Below, piece after piece: positions 28,534 to 42,079 of a DNA stretch of 64,000 nucleotides. How positions within the stretch are numbered: the stretch's first letter is position 1; each line of letters starts with the position of its first letter. The translations under genes were made by a program, and so were the position numbers. The DNA comes from Lingula anatina (Eukaryota > Animalia > Brachiopoda). Where the stretch lies: positions 4,472,954 through 4,536,953 of the forward strand of contig CM120644.1 of NCBI GenBank assembly GCA_051362555.1, given 5' to 3'. The notes beneath the pieces were generated by a model. That model was given only the letters and a program-made list of their open reading frames with translations. It had not been told where the DNA came from and did no database searches.

Positions 28534-29031
28534 ATGGCGTCTGAGAAAGGCATGTCGAGCCTTAAAAATGGAGGGCAAAAACATGCAGACGTGAAAGAAG
28601 AAGAGAGCGGGAATGTCAGTGACAGTGGCAGCGAGTGCTCTTGTTCTACGGACGGTTCCCAAGGAAATATGCGTTCCAGTCGGAAACGTAAGCGTGGAGA
28701 GAGCGTTGACAGCGTCACAGGACCGGCCCCAGTCAGGCAACGCCAAGCCGCGAACGCGCGCGAGAGAGACCGCACGCACAGCGTGAACAGTGCGTTTGTG
28801 ACACTACGGACCTTAATACCCACAGAACCAGCCGATCGAAAATTATCCAAAATAGAAACTCTTCGACTGGCCACAAGTTATATTTCCCACCTTTACACCG
28901 TATTGACCGTTGGCATGGACATAACTGAACAGCCGTGTCTGAAACACCAGGCGCTGATGTCGCACCCCGTTGACACTGGCTCTCCAAGGCCCGTGTGTAC
29001 TTTCTGTCTCAGCGCCTCCAAGCTCAAAAAT
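28534..29031 (+). CDS. TCF15: Paraxis/Scleraxis (TCF15/SCX) class bHLH transcription factor, exon 1
   Basis: b[56 protein letters not shown] plus the family C-terminal motif [13 protein letters not shown] in AATATGG context at 28534; phase-0 donor AAT|GTGAGT after 29031. Confidence 0.93.
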
Positions 29032-29419
29032 GTGAGTATTGTCATGAAATGCCCATGATAATAGAATGTTTTTTTTTTTTTTTTTTTTTAGATTTTCTTA
29101 TATCAGTATTAATATAGCCTCAGATATGTGGAAAAATCTAACAGTCTGTTAGACAAAACATCTGTAGGTGAGATTTTATTTTACTTTCCTGGTACGTTAT
29201 ATCTGTTGATACTTAGCTGTGTGAGGCTTATACCATACATGGATTTTGGTAGATATTATTTATTATTATTTTCTATAACAAGCTATCTGTGCAAGTATTT
29301 ATTACCGTCTTTTTTCATACTTTTTAATCAAAGTTTTTCCACTGTTTGTTAGTTGGCTACGTGAAGTATACTAGAGTCTAACAAAAAGTCAAGTGCCATG
29401 TGGTTAAAAGTGTTATTTG

Positions 29420-29454
<35 letters not shown>

Positions 29455-31890
29455 GAGAGAGAGAGAGAATGTCCAGCCACCAAACAACATATTTCGTTTT
29501 TATTTTATTTTATTGTCCGTCAAGATATTTACGCAACATTATGACGCTGAGATTACACAATTCACTTTTTTTCATGACATGCCTCATTGCTAAAGAATGA
29601 TAGTCCATATGCATTATAAAACATGCAAGTATGAAGACATCACATATACGTGCAGAAAAGCATGATTGCATATACAGCTTTATAGTGCACCTGGACCGGT
29701 GTATAAATACTTACCACTAACAAATACCTCGATACAAATAAACAATAATTAATGCGTCGTCTAAAGACTTGATTATATCATCAAATACATCACTTCGCCT
29801 GTACCCAGATCATAGACTGTGTACTCTTGCTTCGGTATGTGCTGTGTTTGCTAAGAAATGTAGACTGTGGTCATTGGTAGTTTATTATGGCTGACGAAAT
29901 ATGATAACACCATATAAGTTTTGATATTTACTATACTATTAAAAGGCCACTAAATTTACTTGGATAAATCTTAATATTCCAGTAGCATGTTTACCACCTA
30001 GTGATATATAAAACGATATGTAGTCAATTGTTTTGTATCTGGACGTAAGACCTATGGGAAATAAATGTGTTTAAGTGTGTGATAAAGTGTTAATAATATG
30101 AAATATGCCCAAATATTTTTCCGCGACATATTTAATAAGGTTTATTACAAAATATCATCAAGAGTTAAAATAATCAGCTTCATTTCCCTACTGCGTTCAA
30201 TTAGGTGTTAGTCCCCAACCTTTAAAAATTAAAAAATTAATGGAAGAAAATTAAAAACGAAAATTTTATTTTGTAAATTACAGTGATGTTTCAGTTTATT
30301 TAATGGTCTTACATGTATGTTCTAAAACAAGCTTTTAGCATAATAGTACATTTGGCCTTCATTTTTTTATCAGTACAAGTATGACAATATATATTCTTTT
30401 GTTGTCGCTTAAAAAACCATTCAGAACAAATGACGCAATTTTATGTGTATTTGAGCACAATACGGCTAATGCACTAAATATAAAAACCGCTATTTCACAG
30501 CCCGATGACTACCATATGAAGTGAGAAACAACTTCCTTCTGCTCTTTGCGATATATAATATGTACATTTAGAGCCATGAGTTTTGCATTTATGAAGACAC
30601 ACCTGTTTCCCATAACTAAACTGGCTGTGTGTTCTCTTTGTTTTACACCACGATTTCACAGTAATTGATAACATACAATGACCAACTTTAATTGTTTTTG
30701 TTTCTATTTTGAGGTCAAAATTGACTGAGTAAAGTTCGTGGAATAGTAAATGAGAAGATTAGATTTTAATTCACTTTAGGTAATGAAGTGATAATGAATT
30801 CATGGAACCGTCCATTTTAACGTCATTTTTACAATCACCATTTATACATGTGTCTCGTAATTAGAAACCATTATATCACTAATTTAAGAAGTTCATGAAG
30901 AATTTGTAGAAATGAAAACCCTGATGAATTACGTTTATCCCATGCCCCTCATATCGACAGGAAAATAAATTAGAACAACAGAAGGAAATTTGCGAAAAAA
31001 ATAAAATATACATTTACTTGTATTTGAATGAAAAACCATGTTGTTAATGAGTATTATATTATAAGAGGTAGCCGTCTTTACTCTGTGCTGTGATGGCTCT
31101 TACTTAGGAGTCAGGGACATCAATTCATTTTAACCGGATTAGAATAATCAATGATGGTTTCTTTTTATAAAGAAAAAACGCATACATCATTCTCACAAAC
31201 TTAATAGTGAATATTTTTCACAAATGACAGTTATTAGCACAAGCTGAAAATATTTTTCAAACCGTTAGGCCAACATGAACGTAGGCTTTCATCAGACTGT
31301 GCTAATTAATTATCATTTATGATCCAAATACCAAGATAATGAACGTTTTTTCTCTTTAAATATGTTTTATTTATTTATTTAATCTTGCCCGACAACGTTA
31401 CTAGAGTAACGTCAATTTGATATTCTGGGGCTAAACGACGGGCTTATAATGGAAGCAACTCAGATTTTTATTGGATTATTGTTATTCATTTGTTTCATTT
31501 ATTCATTTATTTTTTAAAAAACGTGGCATCTTCACAGTAATAAACCCACATATCAATCACACGTTTTAAGAACACGTAAAGAGGAAGAAAAAAAATGCCA
31601 ATTTCCATGTGCTCTTAAGAACGGTTATGGGTCAGTAACAGCAATACAACTGCAAGCCGGTATGGCTTCCTTCTGTTTGGAAACAAAGCGATATTAAGTC
31701 ACACGTCTTACGTATACACGGTCCCAACACCCCATGTATGATTAACAATGCCCTGAACATGCGACGAATCAAGCAAAGTCACGCACATCCAAGTTCAGGG
31801 ACTCCTTTCAAGAAGGCCAAACCCTTGTTGAGATGAATTGAAAACGCAAGGACATCAACTTTCTGTGTATTTCAAACGTGCGAGATGATG

Positions 31891-32063
31891 TCACGTGACA
31901 CTTTGAATTTGACAAATGGTGGTATAGGTTCGTACTGGAGAGACCGTATGGGAATAACAACGTTGGAAGTATTTGGAGAGTTAGAGTTAATGCCACGTGA
32001 CACCTAGAATTTGACGAATGTTAGTTTGACTAGCTACTGGTTGAGGTGGTATGTGGGAGTTAA
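31891..32063. repeat. Diverged tandem duplication of about 100 nt
   Basis: CACGTGACAC..GAATTTGAC.AATG...TACTGG..GAG..GTATG.GGA occurs twice. Confidence 0.55.
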
Positions 32064-35000
32064 AGTGAGTTTAGGTGTTCCTGGCATGTTGGTGAATGGT
32101 AAAATAAGAGCTTAAAATTAAATATATAATAAATATATATAAAGAGGTTTAAGGTAATAACGATATAAAAATATGTATAACACGATTCATGGTGTACGTT
32201 GAAACTTACGTAATTTTTTGTGCAATTTTAAATATTTAGACTATTACATGTTAATAGAGGCAGTCCCTCGTATATAAACTTTTTGGAAAATACTAAGAAG
32301 CGGAAAATCCGTCGTGAAAGATTTAGTGGCTGGCTATGAATTCCGTGTTCTCCCGGTATACCAGCATGGTATTTACCATCATTAATTAATAATTCTACGT
32401 ATTTTCGAGATATCACATCGCGGGCAATGCTATATTTTAAAGTTTTTTTATGAATAAATCACAAAACATACGTTTGTTTCAATACTTCAGAACGTCGTCT
32501 GAAGACATATATATTGACATATATTCCCCTATCCATAAATGTCATTATACTTTCAAAATTACAATAAAAGAACAATTTACAAACTTGTGCTACTTATGCA
32601 ATACTATACACATATATAATATGTTTCTTCAAGTAGACTTGTAGGACTAAGGGTATTCATGGCATACGAACATTTCTTTTTTTTTTTTTTTTTTTTTTTT
32701 TTTTGAAAAAAAATATATTTCCGCAGTGTCAAAAATACCAGTGTCAAAAATTACCGTGGTTGTGCGTATGACAGCATGCGGTTTTGAGAGAGGGAGAGGG
32801 TGGTGCAATTATTTCCGCTATAGTTAACATTCATTTTTCTGTGAAATGAAATTATTAGATAATGCAAAGACCTGAAGGGAGCTAGCTTCAATCACATATC
32901 AGAGATAAAAATGACTGATAAAGTAATTCTAAAAAAACATTTTATCCACTTTATTGAAAACAAACAAGGTTGATTGGGAGAGAACTTCCTCAAATTGTAC
33001 CGTAGGAATCAAAGCTAAACTGCAGTGCTACATGCTGTACTCAGTGTGCATCAGTATACAGCTTACTGCTTCTGTTTGTCAATCATGGCGCGGCAACCAC
33101 TTAGTATAGTTTATCTGATACCAGGGCTTTACCTAACCCCTTTCAACCGGAGAAGGCAACATCAGAACGCCATCAATTGCCGTCGTTAACTTTCAAGAGA
33201 GAAACAGCATCTTTATCCAATTAAAATCTAGTCTGAGTTACACAAAATGGCCGCCGGAATGTGTATCTTGCAACAGATACGCCTTTTGAAGTCGTCTGCG
33301 AGCACCTGTCCAAGGCTGTCAGTTTTAATTGGCGCGCAAATGATTACCGTCTGCTTCAAGTAAAAAATGGATGAGAAGTAAAGTTCACGAGGAAAACGCC
33401 TAACTTTAGTGTATATTTCAGCGTAGGTATAGTGGAATTTTAAGGTCCGTTCTGTTTAGCTTTACGCGATACGGTTAAATTAAGTAAAACATTTCTCCTT
33501 ATTTCCAACAATATGTTAACATACCAGTGAATTCCATCACAAAATAACTACCTAATAATCAACGCACGGTAAGCCAGTGTATAGTTAAATGCCAGGGTAA
33601 TGCGGCAGATATACCTGAATGTATGCTATGGTAAAGTGCAGGGCAGAAACGTCACGGAACAAATGTCTGAAGTTTTGTTTTTATTTACTGTATTTACTGT
33701 TTTTATTTATTGATGTTGACTTGTTTATGGATTCACACACAGCGCTTTCATTCACTACTTAGTAAACGTGTTGACTCTGATGTTGTACCAAGTTAAATAA
33801 TAAATAAAGGAAAATGTCAAAATCACAGTGAAGTAGAGTAAATACAGTCGCCACCAGAACTAGTATATATCAAGTTCTTTTTATTCACTCGTGCTGAAAA
33901 CGAACTCAATCCAACCCTGACGGAGACATGCGTACTTCTGGTAAAAAGAAGAATTTATTGGGAATATTAAAAAAGAATTGTATAATCACACAAAATGACA
34001 ACAAAAATGTTAGATTCAGCATAAAAGATGCAGGTTTCAAAAATCGTTTCTGTGCTAGAATTAACCATTGCTTTCCATGCATCTTATTATGAATATTCAT
34101 TAAAACCGTCGATTGCTCTGAATCAAACATATTGGTTATACGTCTATATCCAATATTTCATTTAAGGAAAAACAAAATTCAACCACAATGTTTTCTCAGG
34201 GAACAACATGTAATAAATTGACAGCTTAAATAAGAAGTCACTTCTCGTCTTCGGAAATATTTTATCATTATTTTGTTTTATAATCGTTTTATTCAGTTAG
34301 AAACTAATGAATTGGTAAATAATGAATTCAACTAAAATAGAACAAATGCAAATACAGAAAAGGCAATTTCTATATTGAAGAATAAAACAAATAAAAGATA
34401 AAATAAAAAAATATAATAAAAGAGACGCATGATAATAATGCGGATAACGTTATGAATGAATTAAATGATCGGTAAGTAATCAAACCTTTTCACATTTTAA
34501 ATGTAAAATATGCATTTACAATTAAAGCCATATGTACTCATTAAATGACTGACAACGCCGTAATAAAAGAAACCATATGTACATGTAAATAATGACAGTT
34601 GGACAAAATTTGAAAATCAAAAAATAATTTAAATATCGTCCCAGAACGAAACCATAAATTTGCTGGTCTTTTTGGAAGCTTCTCTCCTGGGAGATGCACT
34701 GCGCATGTTATGATTCCGCGGTGCTATAGCATCAATCACCATCCATCACGGTAATTTCTTTGTACTAGCGGTTCCAATCCTCGAACTAATTAGGTTATTT
34801 CTAGTATGTCCGTGCACCCGATTAAATCTCGTTTATTTAGTGGAAATATACAGCAATCAGTCTTCTAAATCGCGTTACCATACTCCTGGCTGTCATAACA
34901 GACAATTTATTTGTTTAATCAGACTCCCGTGTTTAAATGTTGATTATTTTAACACGTGTCCGGAGTGAAAGGTGAGCAACATCAGCGCGGGTAATATTTG

Positions 35001-36163
35001 TGGTTTTGACAACAAGCAACTCCTATATGGCCGAAACACGGAATGGAAGAATGAAGCCCAAACATAGGACTAAAGCCCTATTAGTGACGTTTTTACATAT
35101 TTTCATGAAGTTTACGTACGAGTTTCCCCTGTATGATTAGAGATTTACTTCATCACTGCATACAGTATGCAAACGAGAGAGAGAGAGAGAGATGGATGGA
35201 GGGTATGCATGCAACGCTTAATTAGACCATTATTCTGATTATATTTCTCAAATGTTTGAAGAATGTGCTTTGCATGCGAATTAGATATATGATTTTTTAC
35301 CCAATGGATTTTTAGAAATCTGGTTTAACTGTTAAAGAGAAAGAAACTGCTCAAAATAACTCAAAATGGAAATGTTTCTTGAAAAGAACAAGAATAATTC
35401 TTTGCCAGTCATTGTCCTTATTTTTCATGTTGACAATGTTGTGGTAGTACGTGCAAGTATATTCTTTAAATAATCCTATTTGTGACATTATTTTCTTTTG
35501 CATGTGATATAATAAACATAATAAACATTCCTTCCCACACCAAATCTTAGACATCCGTTTACCTTTCTCATTGAAAAGATTTTGAATGTTAGGGTTATTT
35601 ACTTGAAAAGTAGAAACAAAACACATAGGGACCATGTTTAAGCCTCTGTTGCTTTGTTAGTAACTAACCTTGCCGAAACCTTAATTGACGGGTTTTGTTA
35701 ACATTTTTAGGCTAGGTGTATTTTTTATCACGGATGGTGGTAATTCATGCACGCAGAGTAAAAATAAACAATATACAGTACAGTCCTGGATGCATGTGCG
35801 TGAGGGTTAACTCATTTTGATATGTTTAAAAAGCCCTAAACATATCTTTGTATCATATTTGTCTGCGATTTAATATTTTATTTATTTAGTTTCGGTTTCT
35901 TTATTGTTTGTTCATTTGTTTTGACGGGGTAATACACAGGGATCTCATAGATTATCACCAAAATAGTAGTATAGCAAAATACCCGTCTTGAAATTTAATA
36001 AAATGCATAATGCATATAAAATACACGTAGTGATAGTTATTAATCATGTTATTTGTATGTGTGATTCCTTCAGACAATGGTTATGTTTCTATATTATTGG
36101 AATTTATATTATCACTTGTTTTACATGAATGCATTCTTTTTTTTTTTTTTTTTTTTTTTTTAG

Positions 36164-36229
36164 TTACGCCAAGAAAAAAGTTGCATGTACAAAGGAGGAG
36201 CGGATTACAGATACCGCGTAGGTATGTGA
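36164..36229 (+). CDS. TCF15: Probable terminal exon of the Paraxis/Scleraxis gene (LRQEKSCMYKGGADYRYRVGM*)
   Basis: A long poly-T tract ends in TAG (acceptor) at 36163. The exon is open in phase 0, matching the exon-1 donor, and has a stop at 36227-36229 with AATAAA signals downstream. A short second exon fits the vertebrate TCF15/SCX structure. Confidence 0.55.
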   Translation, partial: LRQEKSCMYKGGADYRYRVGM

Positions 36230-38998
36230 GTAAATACCACATGCAAGTAGTGCAGGCGGACGAATAAAAACGGAAGTCACACTGCCTCGATGTGGAACCA
36301 AACCAGCACCACGTCACGTGGTATCTTGAACCAAGGCGCCACATCCCATTTATGAATGCCTGTATACCACCAAAGAAAAATTAGTTAAACTTTGGCTCGA
36401 TTTATAGAATATGAACCTATGAAATGGAAGACGTTCACATGGAACTGGTTCACTATCCCTGACTTATTCAAAATATGACTAGGAAAAAAATGCAGTAATT
36501 TTGGAACGAAGTTCTTGCAATTTCAATAGCATATGTCCTATTGTCTTGACGTTGCTCCTGTCCTGGATAATTTCAACCATAACTCAGATAATTTATGGTC
36601 GGGTCCATTTTGAATGCATGGTTCTGATATTTGTGTAAATTGCCAAGGCTATTATTATCATTCGTGCCTAAACTTCACAAAGTTTGCAACATAGACGATG
36701 GTGCAAGGCGTTAAGAGGATATTCGCTGCACATTATTCATCACGTTACATTCGAGCATCAGTGGAAAAATATGCAGATTTATCGAATTAATATCGATGTA
36801 ATCAAGACAATGTTTTCAAATCAACAAGACGGGGAGGGAAGTGAGACACGTGCCACTAAAGTGTGCAATAAAACAACGCCCGTAAATCGAGGATTCGTCA
36901 ATGGGGAATCCATAGGATTATTTAGCAATTATTGCCGCTTATGTTGTATGATATTGCATTCATTCAAACCAAGACGTGTTGTGTAATTATTTCATTAAAA
37001 ATGTTTAATCTTCATGTTAATAATAAATTGGTGCATTAGAAAGATGAATTATGCACCCACAAGAAGAAAATTATCAAAATGCGAATTACATATTTAATAT
37101 GGGTTGAAACCTTTGAGATTGTTTGAAAAATAATTGTAAAATAAACATGTAGATATAGATGACGGACGAAGTTGCTTACTTCATCATAAGAAATCCTCAA
37201 GTTTTAAAAATTATTGGCTAAAATTGCAAGGTACAAATATATGATCTGTCTTGCAAAGGTTTGTTTCTCAAAGAATGTAAAAGACCGCTTACTTCGTTTT
37301 ATCTGTCTAAAATTCGAGACAATAAACGACTTATTTTCTAATCCATTTAGTAGACATGCGTATGTGTTTCTTAGTGTGATATTTGAAATTGAACTCTTTC
37401 TTAGTTGCTTCCAATTACAAGCAAAACTTAACTGATTCATGTTAAATTAATGTCGACAGGTTGTTTATCACTGATTATGCATTAACAAAGGTTGATTAGG
37501 AGGAGGGGGGGTAACGACGGGTTAAGAGGCTCTTCATTTTTAAATGTTGAAACATTAGATGTACATGTACTGCTACTCTCTGTGTCATCCCTCACCCCCC
37601 CCCCCCCCCCCCCCCAAGAAAAATAATAATAATTAGTAAAGAAAAAGAAGAAGAAGAAAGGTAGACGTAAGCAGCGCTGGTATATCGAGCTAAACAAACC
37701 CAAACCAATGGCCTTCCCGTTACAGTACCTACATATATATAATAAGATTCTCCTTGTTGATTGTCTTATATTTGCCAATCTTTTATTGGCACCTTGCAAT
37801 TCTGGTTACCCTTTTTCCCAGAAAAACAGTGAAGAATTTGTGGTTAACGATGTAGAATTTCTCCTACTTTTTTTCAATGTTCTCACCACTGATCTCTGGC
37901 AGGTTAGCCGTTTTTCCAGAGTTATTGTCATTTTGATACCAAATTTGCTGGCGCCAATACAAAATCGTTCATTTTAAGGCGTAAATTCACTGTTATTTCT
38001 TCAAGAGATTTTATACATTTGCTTGGTGATATAATTTTCAAGCGTATGGTCCATTTTGTTCAATATATCAGTAAAAAAACCACTGTGTGTACATGGAAGG
38101 GGTTATTTAACATTTTTGACAAGCTTACCATCTCGAGCATTTTTGCATTCTCCCCAAAAATTCATCATTTGTATCGCTAGTGTTACTTCCCAAAAGTGGA
38201 TATTGGCTGTTGTCACCGCTGATGTTGCTAGAGAAGTATTTTTATTCATTGTTCGTTTCTTTATATAATTCCTTCTGTTCATTCTTTTTATACAGTTTAT
38301 GACGTGGGCTTCTACTGGATTTGTAATAGAATGACCTAGTAAGGAGCCCTTGCTAGTAGTTATCACGTAGCCGTATCAGTGGAGTCCCTTTACAGTGACA
38401 CACCGGTGCACGTTACAGGGTCAACATGAAATATGGCTGTCACAAAATAATGTTTCATAACACCTTTTGTCTTAAGTTCTGCAAACAGGTACAACCTTGA
38501 ATCACTTATCAAACGCACTGACTAAACTTATTTGAGTGAGGTAGAATTTTCTTCTAAAATTTTTGTGGGGCTAAATTCATAAATCAGCTGACTCATGTGA
38601 CCTTGGCCCTGATGTTATACTTGCCAATACTTGACACTAAGCTACAATAAAATAACTAAATAACCAAGAATTAACTCACATTACATGCATTCCCGGCATT
38701 TTCACTTCCCATCCAGTGCTGATTATACTTTAATTGAAATGCATATAAAATGCATTTGGGACACAATTGCTGGTTGATTTAAAACCGGTAAATATGTGGA
38801 TTCAGTTAAAATAATCCAAAGAATTAAGATGGCGATAAAAGATTAAGTAGAGTTTAGCAGATGTGGCTGCGGTATCAAAATCATACATGAGAAGGTTTTT
38901 GGTTTATTAAATGCAGTAGGTGTGACAAGCCGATTGTGTTTAGTGACATAACTGCAACAGAACAGTCCTTTTACTTTTCTACATGCTGCCAAAGTTGA

Positions 38999-39174
38999 CA
39001 GGCCCGTAGCCAGCAATTTCAGAGGGGGGGGGGTCGTTTTCTGAAAAAGTGGACCTTTTTACCATAAAATTCTCAAGTACATGGATCAGATTTTACTTAG
39101 AGTGGACCTTTTCCCAGCAAAAAGGGTGGTTCTTTCGAACCCCTCGAACCCCACCCCCCCTGGCTACGGGCCTG
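38999..39174. mobile_element. CAG-ended MITE with an apparent 5-bp TSD (hAT5-like)
   Basis: TIR CAGGCCCGTAGCCAG; flanks GTTGA / GTTAA. Confidence 0.75.
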
Positions 39175-40433
39175 GTTAACATATACTAATAATATTGGAG
39201 AACAACATCTCATTGCAGCGCATGTTAATTTGCCGTATGAACATTTTAAGGATAACTTAAGAATGCCAGAGAGTGCGAGTTAAGTGAGGAATCGTGTCCA
39301 CTGCTCGCAGGCCGTAGCAAAGTTTAGAATTATTGTCTGTTTGGAAGTCCCATGCCTGCATATCCCTTAAAAATTTAACCCAAGTGGCTTTTAAATATTA
39401 AAACCCAACCGATAATGTTTGGGAAATAAAATATACTGTCCATAAATAATTTGTCCATATCCTAACAGTGCGAACTCGAGAGAGAGAGAGTGAAACCCGA
39501 AGTTTATTTATATGTGTGATGCACGATGCCAAAGGGCCTTGCGATAAAATCCTGGATATGTAAAATAATCATCCATGTTCTGCGGTATGTTAGCTGAGTA
39601 TGTAAATGAAATTAGACATAAGGCATTAGTCAGTAATTAAACACATGTAGTATAGCAAGAAAAATATTTGCAAATGTAATATTTTTGATAAAATACAGCA
39701 CATGATTATTCACATTTTACAAATATTTCTAAATCTGATACAAATGTAGACATGAAGGCAGTACATAAGAGAGGCCTCACATAATGTCAGTAATATTTCA
39801 AGTATTTCTCTTTAAATAATAAAAAGTATATATGTAATTACTGGATCGGAAGTAAAGCTGATGTGCATGCAGTATGGGACTTTTGCCCCTATTTTATAGC
39901 CAGTTTCGTAGTATTGATCATTACATGCTTGTTAAAATTGCTATTTCAATATTAATAATTAACTTATTGCTTGTCTGGGATTTGTGATTTTATTTTGATT
40001 TTACCAAAGCACTTGTCGCGCATACTAAAATTAAATATGCTTTTCTTCCTCGTTTTCAAATAGTTTTTCTTTCGCTTTACAGTGAAATATTTTCATATAT
40101 AATTTTGCTGAGAAAACCCAGATAGTTTGAAATAAGTAACAACCATATACAATAATATAAATTACACATGTATCTAACTGGCGGATACTATCTATAGTAT
40201 ACAATTCCGTATTCCGTTCATTACCCCGGATGACTTTACAGAAAAAATAGCAAATAGTCCACCATATTTAGATAATATTTGAATAATAGATTTTTATAAA
40301 ATAAAATTTCTTCTCGCTATTTGATTACCAAACGTCTCATGAAAAACAAGATGTCTGTCGTCACTTGTATGGCAAGGGCAGCCGCGCCCGGCTATTACCA
40401 GCGCCGTCCTGGCGAAACGGGACAATATTCCAT

Positions 40434-40438
40434 TTACC
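40434..40438 (-). CDS. Unassigned secreted peptide precursor, exon 3 coding part (completes the Trp codon, then stop)
   Basis: Acceptor TTTTTTGTTTCAG|GG TAA. The T from exon 2 plus GG gives TGG (Trp), followed by TAA. A candidate AATAAA lies near 39505 on the minus strand. Confidence 0.6.
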
Positions 40439-40689
40439 CTGAAACAAAAAATGACAATGTAAAGAAACTTCATGTATTATCATTATTGTAATTCAAAGCT
40501 ATGCTCATTTTTGTTATTAATTTTTTAAGTAACAACCGAGAGAGAGAGAGAGAGGAGAAAAAGAGAGATAGGTATAGAAAGAGAGAGAGAGAGGGGGGAG
40601 AGAGGGGCGGAAAGATGCAACGAGAATGCAAAAACAGTGTAAAAGGATAAAAGGAAGTCAAAAGTGTATATATATATATATATATTTAC

Positions 40690-40860
40690 AGAAGGTCACG
40701 CCCATCAGCTCTGCCTGCGCCTTGAAGGCCTTCATGCAGGTATTAAGACAGTCGGTGCAGTATTTGCCGTTATCTCCGATGTAGTAGACCAACACGTCAC
40801 ACCGGTTGTCACACTCGCGGCGACAGGCGACAAAAGCACGCATCTTCAGTCTGGCACTTG
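40690..40860 (-). CDS. Unassigned secreted cysteine-rich peptide precursor, exon 2 (six-Cys domain)
   Basis: Acceptor TCATTCTCATTTCCAG| and donor T|GTAAAT, phase 1-1. GC-rich coding-like island encoding (A)SARLKMRAFVACRRECDNRCDVLVYYIGDNGKYCTDCLNTCMKAFKAQAELMGVTF. Confidence 0.75.
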
Positions 40861-42079
40861 CTGGAAATGAGAATGACACACAAGACTACAATCTAATAGC
40901 AATTTATAACATTTCCTACATAACTCAATAATAATGTTTCTTTAACTAAACGTGATTTCTTCTTTTCAGTAGTTCTGAAAAAAAAGCTATCATATGCCAT
41001 CATGATTTTTTCCCAAACCGCAAATAAGTTATATGGTTTATTTATCAAAAATGATGTGGCAGTTGCAAGTTACGGTCCTGTCCCAATCCTTGGTTTATAA
41101 AGTCCGTATTTACGAGTTCCTTCTGAATTTTTCAATTCGCATACGTACGATCAAAATGCTTAATGATAATTTGGTAGACTTGGAATATTTGATAAACGAG
41201 CAGGAACGACCTAACTTTTGAGAAAATTAATTCTTTGGGTATGTGTTCGGTAGGTGAGAGAAACTGTTAATTTATGCTGTCATTTCTACACTCACAAACC
41301 GCCCACACTGAACCTAAAATAAGCTGCTATGCTCCTTAAACACTGCATAAAAATTGCATTTTACAGCAAGATTTTTTGGTGTTCATTTGCATGTAATAGA
41401 TAGGCCTACTAAGTAATTTCAAAATAGTTTGATGGGTCTTAGTTTTGACATTAAAACGGGATGTTGTGCCGCGCACGGCTTTTGACTTTGACATTTGTAA
41501 GCAGCGAATCAGTGTGTATTTCTTTTTATCCAAAAAAGGACCGGATAAATATAGAAATGTTAATAGAAATATTTACAAATGAGGGAAGGTTATTTAAAAA
41601 GTAACATGCATACACCCCGTTTTAACTTGGACCCATCACAATAGTTTGTTTATGATACAATGGGAATTTGACCTGAATTTCCCCAACCAGCGAATGCGCT
41701 TTTTTCTTTCAAATAAGAGATATATACTGGTACATAAATAATTATAAGCTGAATGGAGAAAAACATTCAGGTCGCAGACCTGCATCAAGAACTACACGCT
41801 GATGAATTGTGGTAGATGAGAGCGCATACATTCCGTCACGATCATAATCCTTCACTGGTGTATAATTGAAAAATATCTTGGATCCAAAAGGAGAATAGGA
41901 TCACAGATCATCACCAAAATGTAAGTATTTTTACGCATCCCCCGGAGATATGCTGAATAGTTCATCAAAATCCATACATAACATTGTGAGTTGTGAGTTA
42001 GGCTGGTAAAGTGGCGAACAGAATAGAGGACATCTAGAACTGAAGCTGACCACGTAACTTACATGGCGGAAGTCATTAA

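Noticed and set aside
28362-28874. 170-aa antisense ORF and other ORFs overlapping the bHLH and CDK5R genes
   Set aside because: These are shadow frames of GC-rich coding sequence with no recognisable motifs.
31730-31890. Possible Penelope GIY-YIG C-terminus on the minus strand
   Set aside because: The resemblance is too vague to list as a feature.
33022-33069. Imperfect hairpin in the bHLH intron, a possible pre-miRNA
   Set aside because: It is short and bulged, and matches no miRNA I recognise.
37700-38366. Coding-like minus-strand frames that could be a decayed transposon
   Set aside because: I found no diagnostic motif that I can name with confidence.
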